A stretch of DNA of 64,000 bases from Octopus sinensis (taxonomy: Eukaryota), in contig NC_043009.1 in NCBI RefSeq assembly GCF_006345805.1, positions 14,632,001-14,696,000 of the forward strand, given 5' to 3'. The notes beneath the pieces are model-generated. The model did no database searches. It had not been told where the DNA came from and saw only the letters and a program-made list of their open reading frames with translations. Position 1 is the first letter of the stretch. Every line of letters starts with the position of its first letter. A program made the position numbers and the translations under genes. This document shows, one piece after another, positions 26,085 to 40,204 of the stretch.

Positions 26085-28040
26085 CTATATCTGTCCATCA
26101 GGCATGCATTGATAAGAAAACAATATCGCTGACTATATGCCAAGGGGACAGCCTCTCTGTAATGTTTATGCTGTCTGTAAAACCCTTGCCATCATGTTAA
26201 GGAATTCTGAAGGATATCTCACTGGTTCACAACGTAAGAATAGTACCAAAATTACACGTGAAACTATATACTTGAAACTATATGCAAATAATATACATGA
26301 GGTATGAGTTGAAAAAGATCTTTGACATGGCTACAACATTTTCAAAGGATATAGGGTTGGAGTTTGGTCAGGATAAATGTTGCTATATGATTGTGAGAAG
26401 AGGGAAACCTGTAAACCCGAGTAGCAACTTCTCTAGCAATGACTGAACTGTTTCATCTATATCTGATGGGGAATGTATCTCGGGATGGATGAAAACATAA
26501 CTTACAATGGCGTCTGTAACAAAACACGTGCCATTAAAGAATATTACAGCTGAATAAAGAAAATTTGGACCTCAGAACGCTGCATTCAACAGAGGCCCAC
26601 AATGTGTTTGCAGTGCGGTACTCATACCAACATCTGTGTGCTTGACTGAACGCTTGATAAGATATGAGCCATTGCTATGAAAACCCGGAAGATACTAACA
26701 AGCACACATAATTTCCACATCAAGAGTGACGTAGACCACCTCAAACTAAAACGAAAACAAGGTGGCAGAGGCTTAACATCAAGCAAGACTGCCTTTGAAT
26801 GTCGTATCATATCCTTTCGGCAAAATCTTTTAACCAAAAAGTGTCGAAGTGCATTCCTTGACCAAGTCTGCATACATGAGGCTGCTAACATATTGAGGCT
26901 TTGAAAGCAGCTCCTTGAGCAGCATTCCTTTTCTGATAAACTGAATTACATGCCCAAATATGTCGCACGAATCTACAGCAATGTATCATCTGGTAAAAGG
27001 ATGAGTATATATGAGCAGAAGATCATGCATGGCTATATTAGTAGAAAGATCCGTGATGATAGAACATCGATCATCAAAACAGTCTATCATGGACCAACAA
27101 CCGGATTACTAAGTACCACCTTGAAGAGTATGCGTTTCCAATCCAGGAAGAAAAAATATCAACCACATATCTGATACCCAAAAGGGACAGGGATGAGAGA
27201 AAAGCAGCAAAATGTGACAACCGATGCAGACTTTGTGGAGTTAACACCGAAGATATTACCTACAGCACTTGTCCGAAAATGTTATCACGGTATAATCTAC
27301 CGATGAGACATGATGTTTTGGCTAGGACAGTGTATAATGAGATCTGTCAGAAAAATAACACCGTGGACAAAGAAATAAGAACCCAAAGTATGGTAGAAGC
27401 AATACCCACTCATAATGAAAAGAAGCACTAGTGGAATGTCCCAGTGAAAGCCTCAGAAATATGTAAACACAATATACCTGATATAATGATTTGGGATTGA
27501 GAAAAGAAACTGTGTACAGTTGTGGAAATCAGCTGCCCAGCGAATGTTAAGAGAAAGTAAAAGATCATCGTAAAAGAGAAAACCTGCGCTGAACTATTGA
27601 GAAATCTGCAGTTATTCTATCCAGATTAGAAGTTCCGATTTATACCTGTAATTACTGGGTCCCTGGGATACGTAACTCACTGCCTAAATACCAATCTCGA
27701 GAAATTAGTATTCTCAAAGCGAAAAGGAGAGAGCTGATTCGAAGATTAGAGGTGCAAGCCATCACTGGGACTGTAAATATATTTAAAACTTTCCAGGTGT
27801 TGCTCATTTAAGTATATATGAACATGTCTAGATATGAATGTATATGCATGAGAATACATACATAAAACAAAATATGCAGATCTGCACGTATAAATACTTA
27901 CATACATACATATTTACATACAGGCATACATGCTACAAAAATACCCTATTGATGTTGAAATTCTAATGAAGGATCTTTGGATCTAGTTCAGAAACTGGCT
28001 CTTTATCTATAGGCAAGAAATATTGAAATAAAACTGAATA
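26085..28040 (+). mobile_element. RLE-type non-LTR retrotransposon (R4/Dong-like), 5'-truncated, with 3' UTR
   Basis: QGDSLS, FSKDIGLEFGQDKC, LGMDENITY, KTRKILTSTHNFHIKSDVDHLKLKRKQGGRGL, CRLCG-type knuckle with RHD, PDIMIWD…VVEISCPANV, IPVITGSLGYV. Many stops and frameshifts. Confidence 0.9.
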
Positions 28041-28256
28041 ATGTCTTACATACTCAATGTTATATTTGAACACTACATTTAACTAGAATTACTATTGAAA
28101 CTTGTCATATTTTGAGACACATTATCTAATATATGAAGACTTTCAGAGACAGATGTATTTCTCAGTACATAATCGCTGAAAGTAATAAATGAAATATTTG
28201 TAATATTAGTTTACTCAATAATGTTACTATATTCCTACGTCCACTATTATACTTTT

Positions 28257-28460
28257 GAGGTGGCAGAATAATTAACGTGCCGGGCGAAATGCCGTATTTC
28301 TTCCGACTTGATATTCTTAATTCAAATTCCGGCGACAGCAGCTTTACCTTTTATCCTCTCGGGTTTGAAAATATACGCGCCATATGATCAGCGGGATCAA
28401 TGTAATGAATTAGGCCTTGCCCCATGAAATTTCAGGCCTTGCGCCTATAGTAGAAAGATT
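28257..28460 (+). mobile_element. SINE family B, degenerate
   Basis: tggcagaataattaacgtgccgggcgaaatg…ttcaaattcc…caggccttgcgcctatagtagaaagatt; matches the other family-B copies. Confidence 0.7.
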
Positions 28461-29604
28461 TATTGTACTTTTGAAAAGACATGTAGAAATCAAAATTTCT
28501 TGAGATTTATTTTAGAAGTTTTCTTTAGAAAATTTTACACAAAATTTTATTTTAGATATATTAGAAATGAATCGATTTTCAAATATTTTTAAGCAAATGA
28601 AGCGAATTCAGAAAAATGTATTTTCTCTTTACACGATAGATTCAATTTCCTTTAACTAATATATATTTAAAACAAGTTATTGTCTTGGTTTGCTGTGGTA
28701 TCACTGTTAATGGCAGGCCCTAAAATCCCCCATGAATTATTAACTTACGGAAAGGGGAAAATTTTCCTAAAAGTCTGGATGTCTTTTACAAAAGGATTAC
28801 TATAATATTATTCAAATAGCCTTACAATCATGCAGTCTCTATCTTCCTGCTTTCGATTTATGCATTTTGTTGTTCGTAACTCTAGATTCTTGTTGCTTAG
28901 AAACACAGGTAAACAAAAGAACATTTCCATTTGTTTGTATAACTAATTCACAGCATTTTATCATATTACATTTGAATATTTATATTGCTAGAGTGAGAAA
29001 ATGGGTAACTAACACGTAATGCATTTAGCGTTTCATTAAGTAATGTAGTTAATCAATAAATTTACAACGATAATGCGATTATTATCGTTTGACTAATTCA
29101 TATAAAGAAAAGCATTCACGGCAGTTCGCGGCAATTAAATTTAGTAAAGTAATTAGATATGGAATGCAATAAGGAGTTAGACAGATTCACGGCAATATTG
29201 TGACAACTTCGATCATATTTCCATCGTAACATTACTCATCAGCTGATCTCTGATTACTTGTTAGCTCAGATTCATTAAAATATATTTTCATTATTTCATA
29301 TTCATTGGGCGTTTGATTCTGAACAGCGTTAGTCATTACGATGATTAGCTTTGTTATTATGGATAAGACTGTAACATAGGAAAACATTCTGTTATTGCCT
29401 AATTTTCTGGCTGCAGACATTCATATGTATGTTATCTGGCACTAATTTTCCCCCATCATATTAAACTAAGTGTCAAAAGTCGCATATGAGTTGATCGTAA
29501 TACATATAAAAGAAGAATCGTTCTAAGTTCGTTAGTATAAATATGTATATTAATTATCCAAATAGTTTGCATATCGGAAACGAAATTAGTTTATCATCAT
29601 CAGC

Positions 29605-29739
29605 AATAACTGGACCCTGAACGAGGGTGTGCAGAACGGTTTCGTCACTCTCAGCACACCTCGGACATGTCCGTCTGGCAGCGCATCCGTGCCTATAGAG
29701 CTTGCCTCGAACCGGTAGCGCGCCCAGATGATAGTGACA
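29605..29739 (-). mobile_element. L1/Tx1-clade LINE C-terminal zinc-knuckle fragment
   Basis: GC-rich island translating to LGALPVRGKLYRHGCAARRTCPRCAESDETVLHTLVQGP, which fits the L1/Tx1 LP..L…CP.C…ET..H…C zf-RVT pattern with the last C changed to G. Confidence 0.7.
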
Positions 29740-29924
29740 GTTTTACTTTTAACAACGTATGATGTTCATACTAGTAAGCATTTACTAGTATGTAGTATTT
29801 ACCTATTTTCTAATATAAATACTGTCCTAACCTATTTTGGCGAATTTTGTATTCGTTTGGTGTTAACACAGGACATCCCGAGACGCGATGGTCTATTGTT
29901 TCCTCAACGTTATCGCAATTTTCT

Positions 29925-29928
29925 ATTA

Positions 29929-30005
<77 letters not shown>
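29925..30005. repeat. (TTA)n microsatellite
   Basis: Directly visible. Confidence 0.95.
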
Positions 30006-30609
30006 GTTTATGCATCTGTGACATGTAAATGCAATTATTTATCTAGAATTATTCTGCTCTACAACTTAATCATTACCGTTACTGACGTTAATGCCGCTAC
30101 GTATATTTTAATGTATATTTTGCGGTGTTTTTACAATTAATAATGTTTTATTACTTTTATTTCAACTGGTGTTTTTTGCTCTTACTACATATTCCGTCAT
30201 TATTGAAGCACTTATTGTTTTCTACTTACATTACTGCTGTTATTGTTCTTCCCGTCGTTAATATTGCTTTCGAAAGTTTAAATTGATTTCTGAACACTTA
30301 ACAGAAAATTGCGGTAAGTTTATTTTCCAATCTGCTCTGTGTTCGACCATAATTGGTCTTATTGACACTAACCAAATCTATAGCCAGCCTGAGTCTCTAT
30401 ACCACACTGATTTACATTAGGTTAACTCTCTTGTCGCCGTGGATTATATTAGTGTTTTGAATAACACAACAGCTGCGCCATGAAATACATATAAATAAAT
30501 GTAGGCAATGATGAATTTGATTTCCGACATTTTAAATGTAATGTTAGTATGATGTACATTGTTTTAATGTACACGATGTCGGTGTCTGTAAATCTGCAGC
30601 TGTAGGTTG

Positions 30610-30743
30610 TAATGATGATATTCATGATGATGAGGAGGAGGGGAAGAAAAAGGAGGAAGAAGAGGACGACGACGACGGCGATGGTGGGGGTGCGGGTGCT
30701 GGTGGTAGCAGTGATGTTGGTGGTGGTGATGATGGTGATGATT

Positions 30744-30779
<36 letters not shown>

Positions 30780-30850
30780 GTGGGGGTGATGATGATGATG
30801 ATAATGAATACAGGTTGATGACGAAGGTGACAGTGGTAATAATGATGATG
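30610..30850. repeat. (GAT)n/(GGT)n/(GAC)n compound trinucleotide repeat
   Basis: Directly visible; source of the polyH/polyM ORFs. Confidence 0.92.
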
Positions 30851-30919
30851 CTAAAAATTCGCTCACATTGAAAGCAATGAGTCTTGCGTTAGTCTGCAGC
30901 GCTGAGTTCAAATTTCTTT

Positions 30920-31240
30920 TTTTATATTTGTGTAGCGTTACTGCTCCTATATCGTACTCAGAAGCGTCTGAAGCTACAACAATCTCCGCTGCAGGATGGA
31001 AGTGATCTAACGACAACTCAGATAATATTCTTTTTAATTTTGTCAAACGCCTTTTGACAGTTTTCTGGCCAATTCCATTTCACATCTGTTTTCGGTAACT
31101 TATTTAGTGGAACCCTAAATTTATTCATATTTGGGGTGTAATTTTGGAAATGATTTGCTTGTAATGTAATTATATTAGACAGAGGAAGCATATTTTTTCT
31201 TACGTCTGTTCTCGGCGGGTCTTCAACTTTAATTCCAGCA
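30920..31240 (-). mobile_element. Ty3/gypsy pol fragment (RT thumb / RNase H start)
   Basis: YTPNMNKFRVPLNKLPKTDVKWNWPENCQKAFDKIKK, then after a frameshift LSLDHFHPAAEIVVASDASEYDIGAVTLHK (TDAS..G.GAVL RNase H motif). Confidence 0.85.
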
Positions 31241-31329
31241 ACTGTTGGTATTATTGTTGTAATCGCTGCTGTAATTGTTGTTGCTGCTGCTATTGCAACT
31301 TCACGACGGATGCTAATACGTAGTACTCC

Positions 31330-32860
31330 ATGTTGTTGGATATGCCGTACCATACTTTCACTATGTGCTTGTTGAAGATATTGTGGTACTTATGTGTTTT
31401 GGGGAAGCACCTATCTAAAGCTGCAGGGAATTATTTACTTATCTTAGCTGATATTTGCAATCTGAAAGAATGTGTTATACCATACGACCTTGGAAATTTT
31501 GTGTTTTTTCCTTTTGGTCCCTTTAGCCTATTTTGTGTGTTGTTGGCATCTTGTGAATCACCCACTTTAGGTGTGTGGGTGTTAGAATTATTTAGGGCTT
31601 CGCTAGGTGTGAACTTGATTTTTCCCTTAATGCTTCATTGTAGTAAGGCGCATGTATGTTGACTCTTGTCTGGGTGGCTGATAAGCGTGATATTCTGGTG
31701 GCTATGTTCCTAACTATTCTTTTGGTTACAGATAGTGGATGATTGAACTTTACATTCATGTATCGAAGACACTCGTTCGATTTGTAGTATGGCTCGTACA
31801 TCCCGGTTTCTAAGTTCAGAAAAGCATTTAGCAAATATACCTAACGGTAATTACTGCCTATAGTTATAGACAGACAGAAATTCCTAAATAATCTGTGTAG
31901 TTTCTTTCTGTATCTCTCTATTTCTACTCTAGTATAATTATCTACTACAAAAATGGCAATCGTTTCTGAATAGACTACTCACCGCTATTTGTGAGAATGA
32001 GGATTTGATGTGGAAAAAGATATGAATTCCTACGATATCCGTGACCTGAGCTGAGTCATTCGAACCCATTGGTATATCGAAGGAATTCGTTCTATCTGAT
32101 CTCATCCATAGTTTGTTGTCGTAATTAATAAGAGCTTCTCATGCTGTTAATATTATGTTTACATATGACTTAGATAACGTATAACTTTTTATTATAAATG
32201 TGAATGTCTATTGAATATTATAGGTTAATTTTAGAGTAGTAGTTATCTATATCCAATTGTATTAATTTGGAGATTTTGTATATTGGATTTACTTAAATCA
32301 TACTATTAAGATAAGATTTATCCTAGGTTTTCTTGGGACATATGGTTCTGTGCTATCGTCTATCTCCAGTCTTTTTACTATTTCAAATGCTTCGTTGTTT
32401 ATATTAGTTAAAGTGATGTTGGGTGTATTTTTGTATTTGCTAAGGGTTTCTGTTTTTACCTAGATTATTATATAGTGTGGTGTTTACAATAATAAGGTTA
32501 CTACCATTGCATTTGAGTTTTTAAAAACCTCCAGTATTTTTCCAATTTTTGTTGGTGTTCTCGTTTTTCCTTGTTGGGTATATCCAGAATTTGATGTATT
32601 GTTTTAAAATTTTGTACAGTTCTTCTTCGAATTGCGTCAGGTGTTGATTTGTTGGTGGGTTTCTCAGGAATTTGAATTATTTCTTGAATGCGTCTTCTTC
32701 CTTCTAGTGCTCCTGCGTGCTGTTTTTCTTGTCGTGGAACAATGCTTTCCATCTCATTCTTCTTATGTTGGCTCACAGTTGTTTTAAGTGTTCGTTTTAG
32801 GTTGGTATGAGAATATCTTTTAGTGAGAAGTCGAGGGTTAGTTTCTCCATCCCCTGTCTC
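31330..32860 (-). mobile_element. Penelope-like element, reverse transcriptase region remnant
   Basis: RMRWKALFH, FDIPMGSNDSAQVTDIVGIHI, FLNLETGMYEPYYKSNECLRYMNVKFNHPLSVTKRIV…APYYNEAL, VVWYN, CFPKTHKYHNIFNKHIVKV. Confidence 0.88.
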
Positions 32861-33049
32861 TCTGTAGTATTTTAATGGTAAAAGCGACTTCGACCGGCTT
32901 TCTGGTTTCTGTCAGTATTAGTTATGGCATATTCTGTGAAGAGCGTAGTAGAGTACAGTATAAAGCTCGTCCACGTTCACATTGAACCTGTGCTATCCAG
33001 TATTAGATGATTGTTATACCATACTCTGTTACGTTCTTAACAAAATATA

Positions 33050-33062
33050 CCATATATATATA

Positions 33063-33100
<38 letters not shown>

Positions 33101-33117
33101 TATATATAATATATATG

Positions 33118-33150
<33 letters not shown>

Positions 33151-33391
33151 GTATATATATATGTATATATATGTATATATATATGTATATATATGTATAT
33201 ATATATGTATATATATATATATATATGTTATATATATATGTATATATATATTATATATATATATATGTATATATATATGTATATATATTATATATATATA
33301 TATATGAATTTATATGTATATATATGTATATATATATATATATACATATATATACATATATATATATATATACATATAAATACACGCACAT

Positions 33392-33478
<87 letters not shown>

Positions 33479-33480
33479 TA
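33050..33480. repeat. Long (TA)n tract with 10-12-bp TATATATATG periodicity
   Basis: Directly visible. Confidence 0.95.
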
Positions 33481-33663
33481 TAGTAACCATGATTGACCGG
33501 AAGTCTTTTTTTATTCTCTTTCTGTTTATTTCATTGTGTTCCTTTCTGCTAAAAAGTGTATTTTCTCACCTTCCTGAGTGTCAAACTAATACAGCTGCTT
33601 GTTGTTCATACACTTGTCTTCGTCTTTTTTTTTTCTGTAAATTGCAACTATATATACATACAC

Positions 33664-33786
33664 GCGACGGGCTTCTTTCAGTTTCGGTCCGAGGCAATGG
33701 TAGTAGGCACATGCTCAAGATGCCACATAGTGAAACTGAACCCGGAACCATGAGACTGAGAAGCAAACTTCTTACAACACAACCAC
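33664..33786 (-). mobile_element. SINE family A head fragment with internal deletion
   Basis: cgacgggcttctttcagttt…gatgccacatagtgaaactgaacccggaaccatg matches the reverse complement of the 671-830 head. Confidence 0.75.
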
Positions 33787-34149
33787 TTGGACATTCTTTT
33801 TATATCCATTACACGACATATTATTCAAATAAATAATTTTAAATAATTCGAATACGGGGACAATGCCTGAACCAGAATGTCGAAATAGTATTGATTGAAA
33901 AACGGACACATTTGCAGAAATTATTTGAATACATTCAGAAATGCATATTATCATTTCTGACAAATTGGACATTTTCATAGCCAGGAAGGAAATTAAGGTT
34001 TTTCTGCATTAAATTTCTTTGGTAAACATGAATATAATGCACTCTCTAGGAAGACATCAACGAATTAGACAAAACATTAGCATATATACTTTGACGTTCG
34101 AAAATATCCTGCGGATACACACGCACACACAGGTATGTACGTACATATA

Positions 34150-34191
<42 letters not shown>

Positions 34192-34804
34192 TATATATAT
34201 TTGCCTACATCCGTACATAGTTATCATTTTTGCTTAACCTGAAACAATGTTATTGTAGATAGCAAATAAGTTATTTCATTTTCACAATATTGTTATTAAA
34301 TTATATAACGTGTATTTTTTGGTTTTATATTTGAGAATTACATCGTTGACGTTATGTTGTGAGGTAAATTTAAGCCTTACGATTGCAATTTGTTATCATA
34401 GTTTAGAAATTGATTTCATTTGAAACAGCCGGGTTACCAAAATATTGCGTTGCTTTTGCGCATTAGGGATATATTTTGTGGCGAGCTTAACCCAGAAAAG
34501 GAAACGAAGTTGTATTCAAGGATATGTAATAATCTTTATCTGCAGATTAGTTTCGAATGATAAAGCATTATACATAATAAATATTAAAGGATACACGCTA
34601 TGTCTCATAAATACAGAGCTTATGGTATTCTGGGTTCCAAGTATAATGTAACTATAGTGTAGACGTATTAAAAAATACTAAAATACGTAAAAGGAAATAA
34701 AGAAAACTAAAAAAGATTCACTTGTGTCTTCTGTGTTTGATCAAAGACGGAACTAAATGACAGTAATTATTTAAACTATCATTAATTGCAACATTTTTCC
34801 TAAG

Positions 34805-34840
<36 letters not shown>

Positions 34841-35099
34841 ACACACACACATACACACACACACACACACATGCATATATATTTATATTGACAATGTGGT
34901 ATTTAGGCTTGTTGCTTACTTTGGCTGAGTATTATAGGAAATCTTTCTCAACGTCTCAGAACCCTTCACTTCTGAGAAATCGACTGTATGAATCAAAATA
35001 ATCTGTGTTTGATGGAATTTGTTGGGGAGAAAATTCCTACATTTTAATTGTCATTTTTAATCCGCTTATTTTGAACATTTATTATTTGGGGCAAGTGTA

Positions 35100-36240
35100 T
35101 AGCATTTACTATTTTGGATAACAGATTAACTTACTATATGCGCAGAAAATTTTATTAATTCATGAAACAGAAGCATATGATAGGACACTGACATTCAAAC
35201 ATTATAGTAAGTTTTTTAACAGAGAGCGCCATCGCTGCAATGCTCATTTTAATTTAGGGAAAATAAGAAGGGTAATGGACATTTTCTTTAAGTTAACAAT
35301 ACCATATACCAGAATATTAATAATTTTCATGAATTTGACAATGTTGGGAAATTGCGTGCTTTATTAACGACAGCATTTAATATCTTTAATAATGATATTT
35401 CTTTTGTTGGAATGGGTGCTTCAATTGTTATGCGTCTTGAACTGTAAAGAGACGTGTGGAATTTCTCTGAGAAAACGATGAATATTTTTCATGCATTTTC
35501 TATGGCATCCTACTGTGAAGAACTGCTGGCATAATTAGAATTTACTAAAATGCATTTGATTTAAAACGATTTCTTCAATCTAATCAGGTTTCTATTCGTT
35601 TGCTGCTCAATTCTCTCGACACATTCTCCCAGTCATAAAGGTATTGGAGTTATCTTTCTTCTCCGAAGATCAATGTTGCGTCACTTCGATTTAGTATTTC
35701 AACTTCAATGTTAATTGGTTCCAATGCTGACACAACGACCTGCGTAGCTTTAATTTCATTCTCGTAAAAGTTCAAGAGGTTAATTCATATCGATCATTAA
35801 GATTTGCGCTGCATCTTTCAAGGACAAAGAATTACTCTAACAATGCAAATACAACATTTCATCTTGTTTTAGTATCATTGATTAATTGCAATTTGTGATC
35901 ATATTCCTTTTTAACATATTTCTGAAGTATTTCATATCTTGTCGGAGACCTACAAAGTGAGCTCAGAATTATTCTCCCTGTTAAAATTGACTTCACTAAA
36001 GTCTAAAATATTTTCAATGCGAAATGTTTTCTGCAATTAGAGCTGATTCACTAAGTTCAGCTTACAGAAAATCGACATAACAAAATTATTCGTAATTGTG
36101 GAACCTATACTTTGACCCTCATTCTCCGATATATCTTGAAAAATGTCACCATAATGACAGATTTGTGTATAAAGAATATCACCAACAGTCAAATGACTTC
36201 TTTTAAATAGCACAACTGATGCATACATTTAGCACTTTAA
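35100..36240 (-). mobile_element. Decayed hAT-superfamily transposase
   Basis: Minus-strand pieces: HLTVGDILY, RSPTRYEILQKYVKKEYDHKLQLINDTKTR*NVVFALLE (hAT TRWNS motif), LEPINIEVEILNRSDATL, and a weak ASVS…IFCA dimerisation-like segment. Confidence 0.65.
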
Positions 36241-36869
36241 ACAAATATAGCCATGTACCTGCTATACCCATGTACCTGCTATAGCATGTGCAATTTCAGA
36301 TATTCAGAACGGACTGTATCTTAAACCTAACTTATTGTCTGCAGTAAGTTGCAAAGATTCTAATCATTCTTAAACTCATGAATTTGTTTGATTAATTTAC
36401 ATTTCCAGTCAAATATTTGCGATTACGTAAGCACAAACATATATGTTAAACTACAGAAAAAACAATTGATCACTTCGCTTTTCCTTTTCCATTAATCATG
36501 ATTTTCTCTCAAATTAAGTTTAAGTACGTTGAAACAGAATCGTTCCATTGCAAAAACGAAACTTTATTCCCTATTTGTTAAGAAATATATTTCAAAATAT
36601 TATTTTCATAGAAAATCCATCAGTAATGCTCCCTTGGATATGTCTTATTCTAAAGTTAACATTTTCTTCCTTTTCTTCAAATGACAGCAAGTGTCATTTT
36701 CTTCAGATGACAGTAAGTGTCATTTGCTGTTCGTCGATACAATCGAAGTGGTTCGTCTTCCACTCACTCATTCTTCGTATATATATATATCTATAAGGAA
36801 AATAAGACAATAATTTTATAATTAAGGACTTTTTAGTACTGGTTTCAGTCATTGCAACTTTTTCAGCTT

Positions 36870-36900
<31 letters not shown>

Positions 36901-37444
36901 CCCATATATATATATACATATATATATGCATGTATGTATGTATGTGTATTTGAGTGTGTGTGTATAGACATATACAGATAGACAGATACACATATATACA
37001 CATGCATAGAAAAACATATTTACATATATGTATATAAGCATATGTAAATGCATACACCTCCCAATTTATGAAGAAAGTGTTTTGTGAACAATCCTCAAGC
37101 GATCATTAAAAACTGCTAATTGACACTTCCAGGCATTTTATAAAATTCTTGCTGATATATTTCGAGAATCTTTAAGAACGAATGATCGTTGAAAAGCAGA
37201 TTTCACTTAATGTCTGACAAAATAGCTATATAGAAATAGGTACATTTGCTTTAAAATAAAATAAAAACAATTATAATTAATGCAAAGTGAGTTGGTTAAT
37301 TTTGCCAGCCACAGAATCAGAAGTCTGCGTCTCTTCAATGATCAAATACTATTTCCCAACAAAACTCACATAACTTCTGTTGAAAAACCTCATCTAACAA
37401 TAAATAGTAATATGGATCGATGTCATTCGACACCTGGTCGGACT

Positions 37445-37750
37445 TGATGCCATCCAACCAAATTGCAAATATATGGGAAACTACCACCTGTGTCATCTCT
37501 TGTGAAAGATAGGAGAGTCCAGTTTGCTGGACATCGTTGTAGAGCTGAAAAAGAGGTAATTTCTACTCTTCTCCTCTGGAAGCCATCTACTCGCAATACC
37601 AGAGGGCGCACACTCTCCTACCCTAATGTAATCTCCAGGGACACAGGCATCCAGCAACAGGACCTCCGTAATGCCATGATAGACCGTGAAGTCTGGCGTA
37701 GCATGATAAATTCCATTGTCTCGACCACGGTCGAACAATGATGATGATGA
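37445..37750 (+). mobile_element. RTE LINE 3' fragment with (GAT)n tail and probable TSD
   Basis: QIYGKLPPVSSLVKDRRVQFAGHRCRAEKEVISTLLLWKP…DREVWRS. Tail gatgatgatga. Flanks tggtcggact (37435-37444) and tggttggact (37751-37760) match 9/10. Confidence 0.88.
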
Positions 37751-38435
37751 TGGTTGGACTACTTTACTAGTGTTAAATTGCATCTGAAAAATACAGTGAT
37801 TGATGTCTTCTTTATATATCGTATTAATATTGGCGCTTTGCAGCGTTACTTCAGTAGTTAGAGAATACTGAACAAATGAACATCATAACCCATATTTTTC
37901 ATATGTATTACTTAAGGTATTAATTATATACTAAGGAAAAATACATTTGGTTTAGCTTCCAAAATTTGACTAGGTCACTTGCATCGAGGCATCCTTGCAT
38001 GCAGTAGTAAAAGAGGTACACTATTTAATGTGAAAGCTAAATGAAAATTTTCATAATTAAGTTTAAGGTGATGCTTAATCAGCTTTTTCCTTGCAAGATT
38101 TATATGGAAGAAAGGGTGCAGATTTGACATATAAGATTTTTCGTGTATTTCAGTATCTTTGATTTCCTGAAATTAAACTCCTCAAGATTGCAGAACTTAC
38201 TGGAGGAACAGGAGTCTCTTGAGACAGAGACTTGGAAGCGTGTTTTGTAGTTAGGAACCTTGTATCATGTCCTCTCTGAAATACTAGTCTAAGCCATGAA
38301 CATTCGATTATCAAAATGTTTAAGAGATTCCTTAAAGTGTATATTCAACATTAACTTTGTGAACCCTTTGCAAATTTTTGGTCTTGTTAGCCGTCTTCGT
38401 GATTTTCAAAACTGATGATTGATGTCAAAATTATA

Positions 38436-38570
38436 TGCTACGTATGTCATCAAATATTTTAAACAAATCAAGGCTAGTGAACCATGTAATGGTCCATAAT
38501 AAAATTGCAGTCAAAACTATTGTGGACATGCCTGCAATAAAAAAAGTGACTATGCTCGAATTATGAAGAG
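38436..38570 (+). pseudogene. Possible decayed C2H2 zinc-finger coding remnant
   Basis: Restoring one T in the T4 run at 38457-38460 gives CYVCHQIFLNKSRLVNHVMVH, an exact C-x2-C-x3-F-x5-L-x2-H-x3-H spacing. A partial second finger YCGHACNKKSDYAR follows in another frame. Confidence 0.35.
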
Positions 38571-39486
38571 AAGAATTGATGGAGAACCAATTATAGAGGA
38601 CGGGAATCGCTTTATGTGAGATGTAACACATACATATATAAATACGAGAAAACAAACTTTACGGCTGATTCAACGATTCAGTAAATGGTTAATGCTAATT
38701 ATGCAAGCAGGTTTATAGAATGAAGCAATATTACACATAAGAAATAAGCAAAAGTCTGTTTTTTCTAAACTTGCATGAACCTTGATATGTATCTTCATGT
38801 ATGAAAAATCGAAAATATTACGCAGAACAGTGAATGGTAAATGCAGTCGTAGTTGGTCACATATTCATGATAAATATTCATGATAAATAAAGTCATCGAT
38901 AAAATAGACAAAAGAAGAAAGGGATAATTATGAATATCGAGGTGAATATGGGGTAAGGTGTAAGGAGAAAGAACGGGAAATAGAGAGGAAAATGTTATAA
39001 AAATGCGAGGAATAGGAGAGAAGGGGAAAATAGAAAACAAAAACCAAAAAGGAAAAAAATAAGTGAAAGTGAAAGGAAAGAAACAATGAAAACCGAATGA
39101 AAGAGAACTTTGTGATGCTTGGGCATAAAAGGAAATGTTGTAAAACTAAGTATGGGGGACGTCGACTGGAGAGACGAGATGAAAGGAAGTATATTAAAAA
39201 GAAAAAATTGGAATGCCATATAAAACAAGTTTCCTACGGCATAAGTGAAGCAGTGTAAACTGATGGCGACCTGGTTAAATATCAGTGTCAGATGCATTTA
39301 TGCAAGAATTGGGAAACTCTAAGAATAAAAGTATCAAAATGAATTTAAAAAGACGAATTATAAAACAGATATTACGCATCTAAAAGCAAAGTATGAACTC
39401 GAATTAAAGTAGTGAAAAAGTTTTACTAGGGAATGTAGCAGATATAAGCACATATAAGGAAAATTGATAAAAGCAAGGTCGAGAAA

Positions 39487-39562
<76 letters not shown>

Positions 39563-40204
39563 GCTTGTATCTATATAAGAAGATTGGAGAAAGTCAGTTT
39601 ATGGCAAACAGAAAATGGTTTGAAAATCTATGTGGACAGAACGGGATTACATCGTAAGCTTTATAAAGGTGAACATACTTATTCTCACGAAATGTCTCAA
39701 GGGATCCCGTGCTGAAAAGTTTCATGCACCCTCACTAATAAGATCACCCAGAGAGAAGCGATAAACAATGGACGTTGAAGTGATGGATATAATTCGATGA
39801 AGTAATAGAAGACGTGAACGTTGCGGTACATAACATATCTGTCATATAAAGCCTCTTAAAATCATTAGATGTTACATATATTTTGGCGTAAATGTATTTT
39901 AGTGGTGGTACAATTATAAACAACACTATATCACAAACAATCACCACTCAAGTAACAAGGCAATTAATACTTAATCGACAATTACATTTCTTGTTGTCAC
40001 GAGTAAAGTTCATTACAATATTTATCTAGTCATTCCTGCGAGAAGATTCATCAACATCATCATCATCATTATTATTATTGAAGTTACTATTATCGTGATT
40101 ATTACAACAATCATTATTGCCATTATATATCATTTTATATTCACATACATATATATGAGTGTATATATATATGTATATATATAAATATGTATGTATATAT
40201 ACAC

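Noticed and set aside
29232-29420. Minus-strand ORF with a signal-peptide-like start (MFSYVTVLSIITKLIIVMTNA) and a possible GT donor near its end
   Set aside because: Only 62 aa, no recognisable domain, weak splice site; hydrophobic stretches arise readily in AT-rich DNA.
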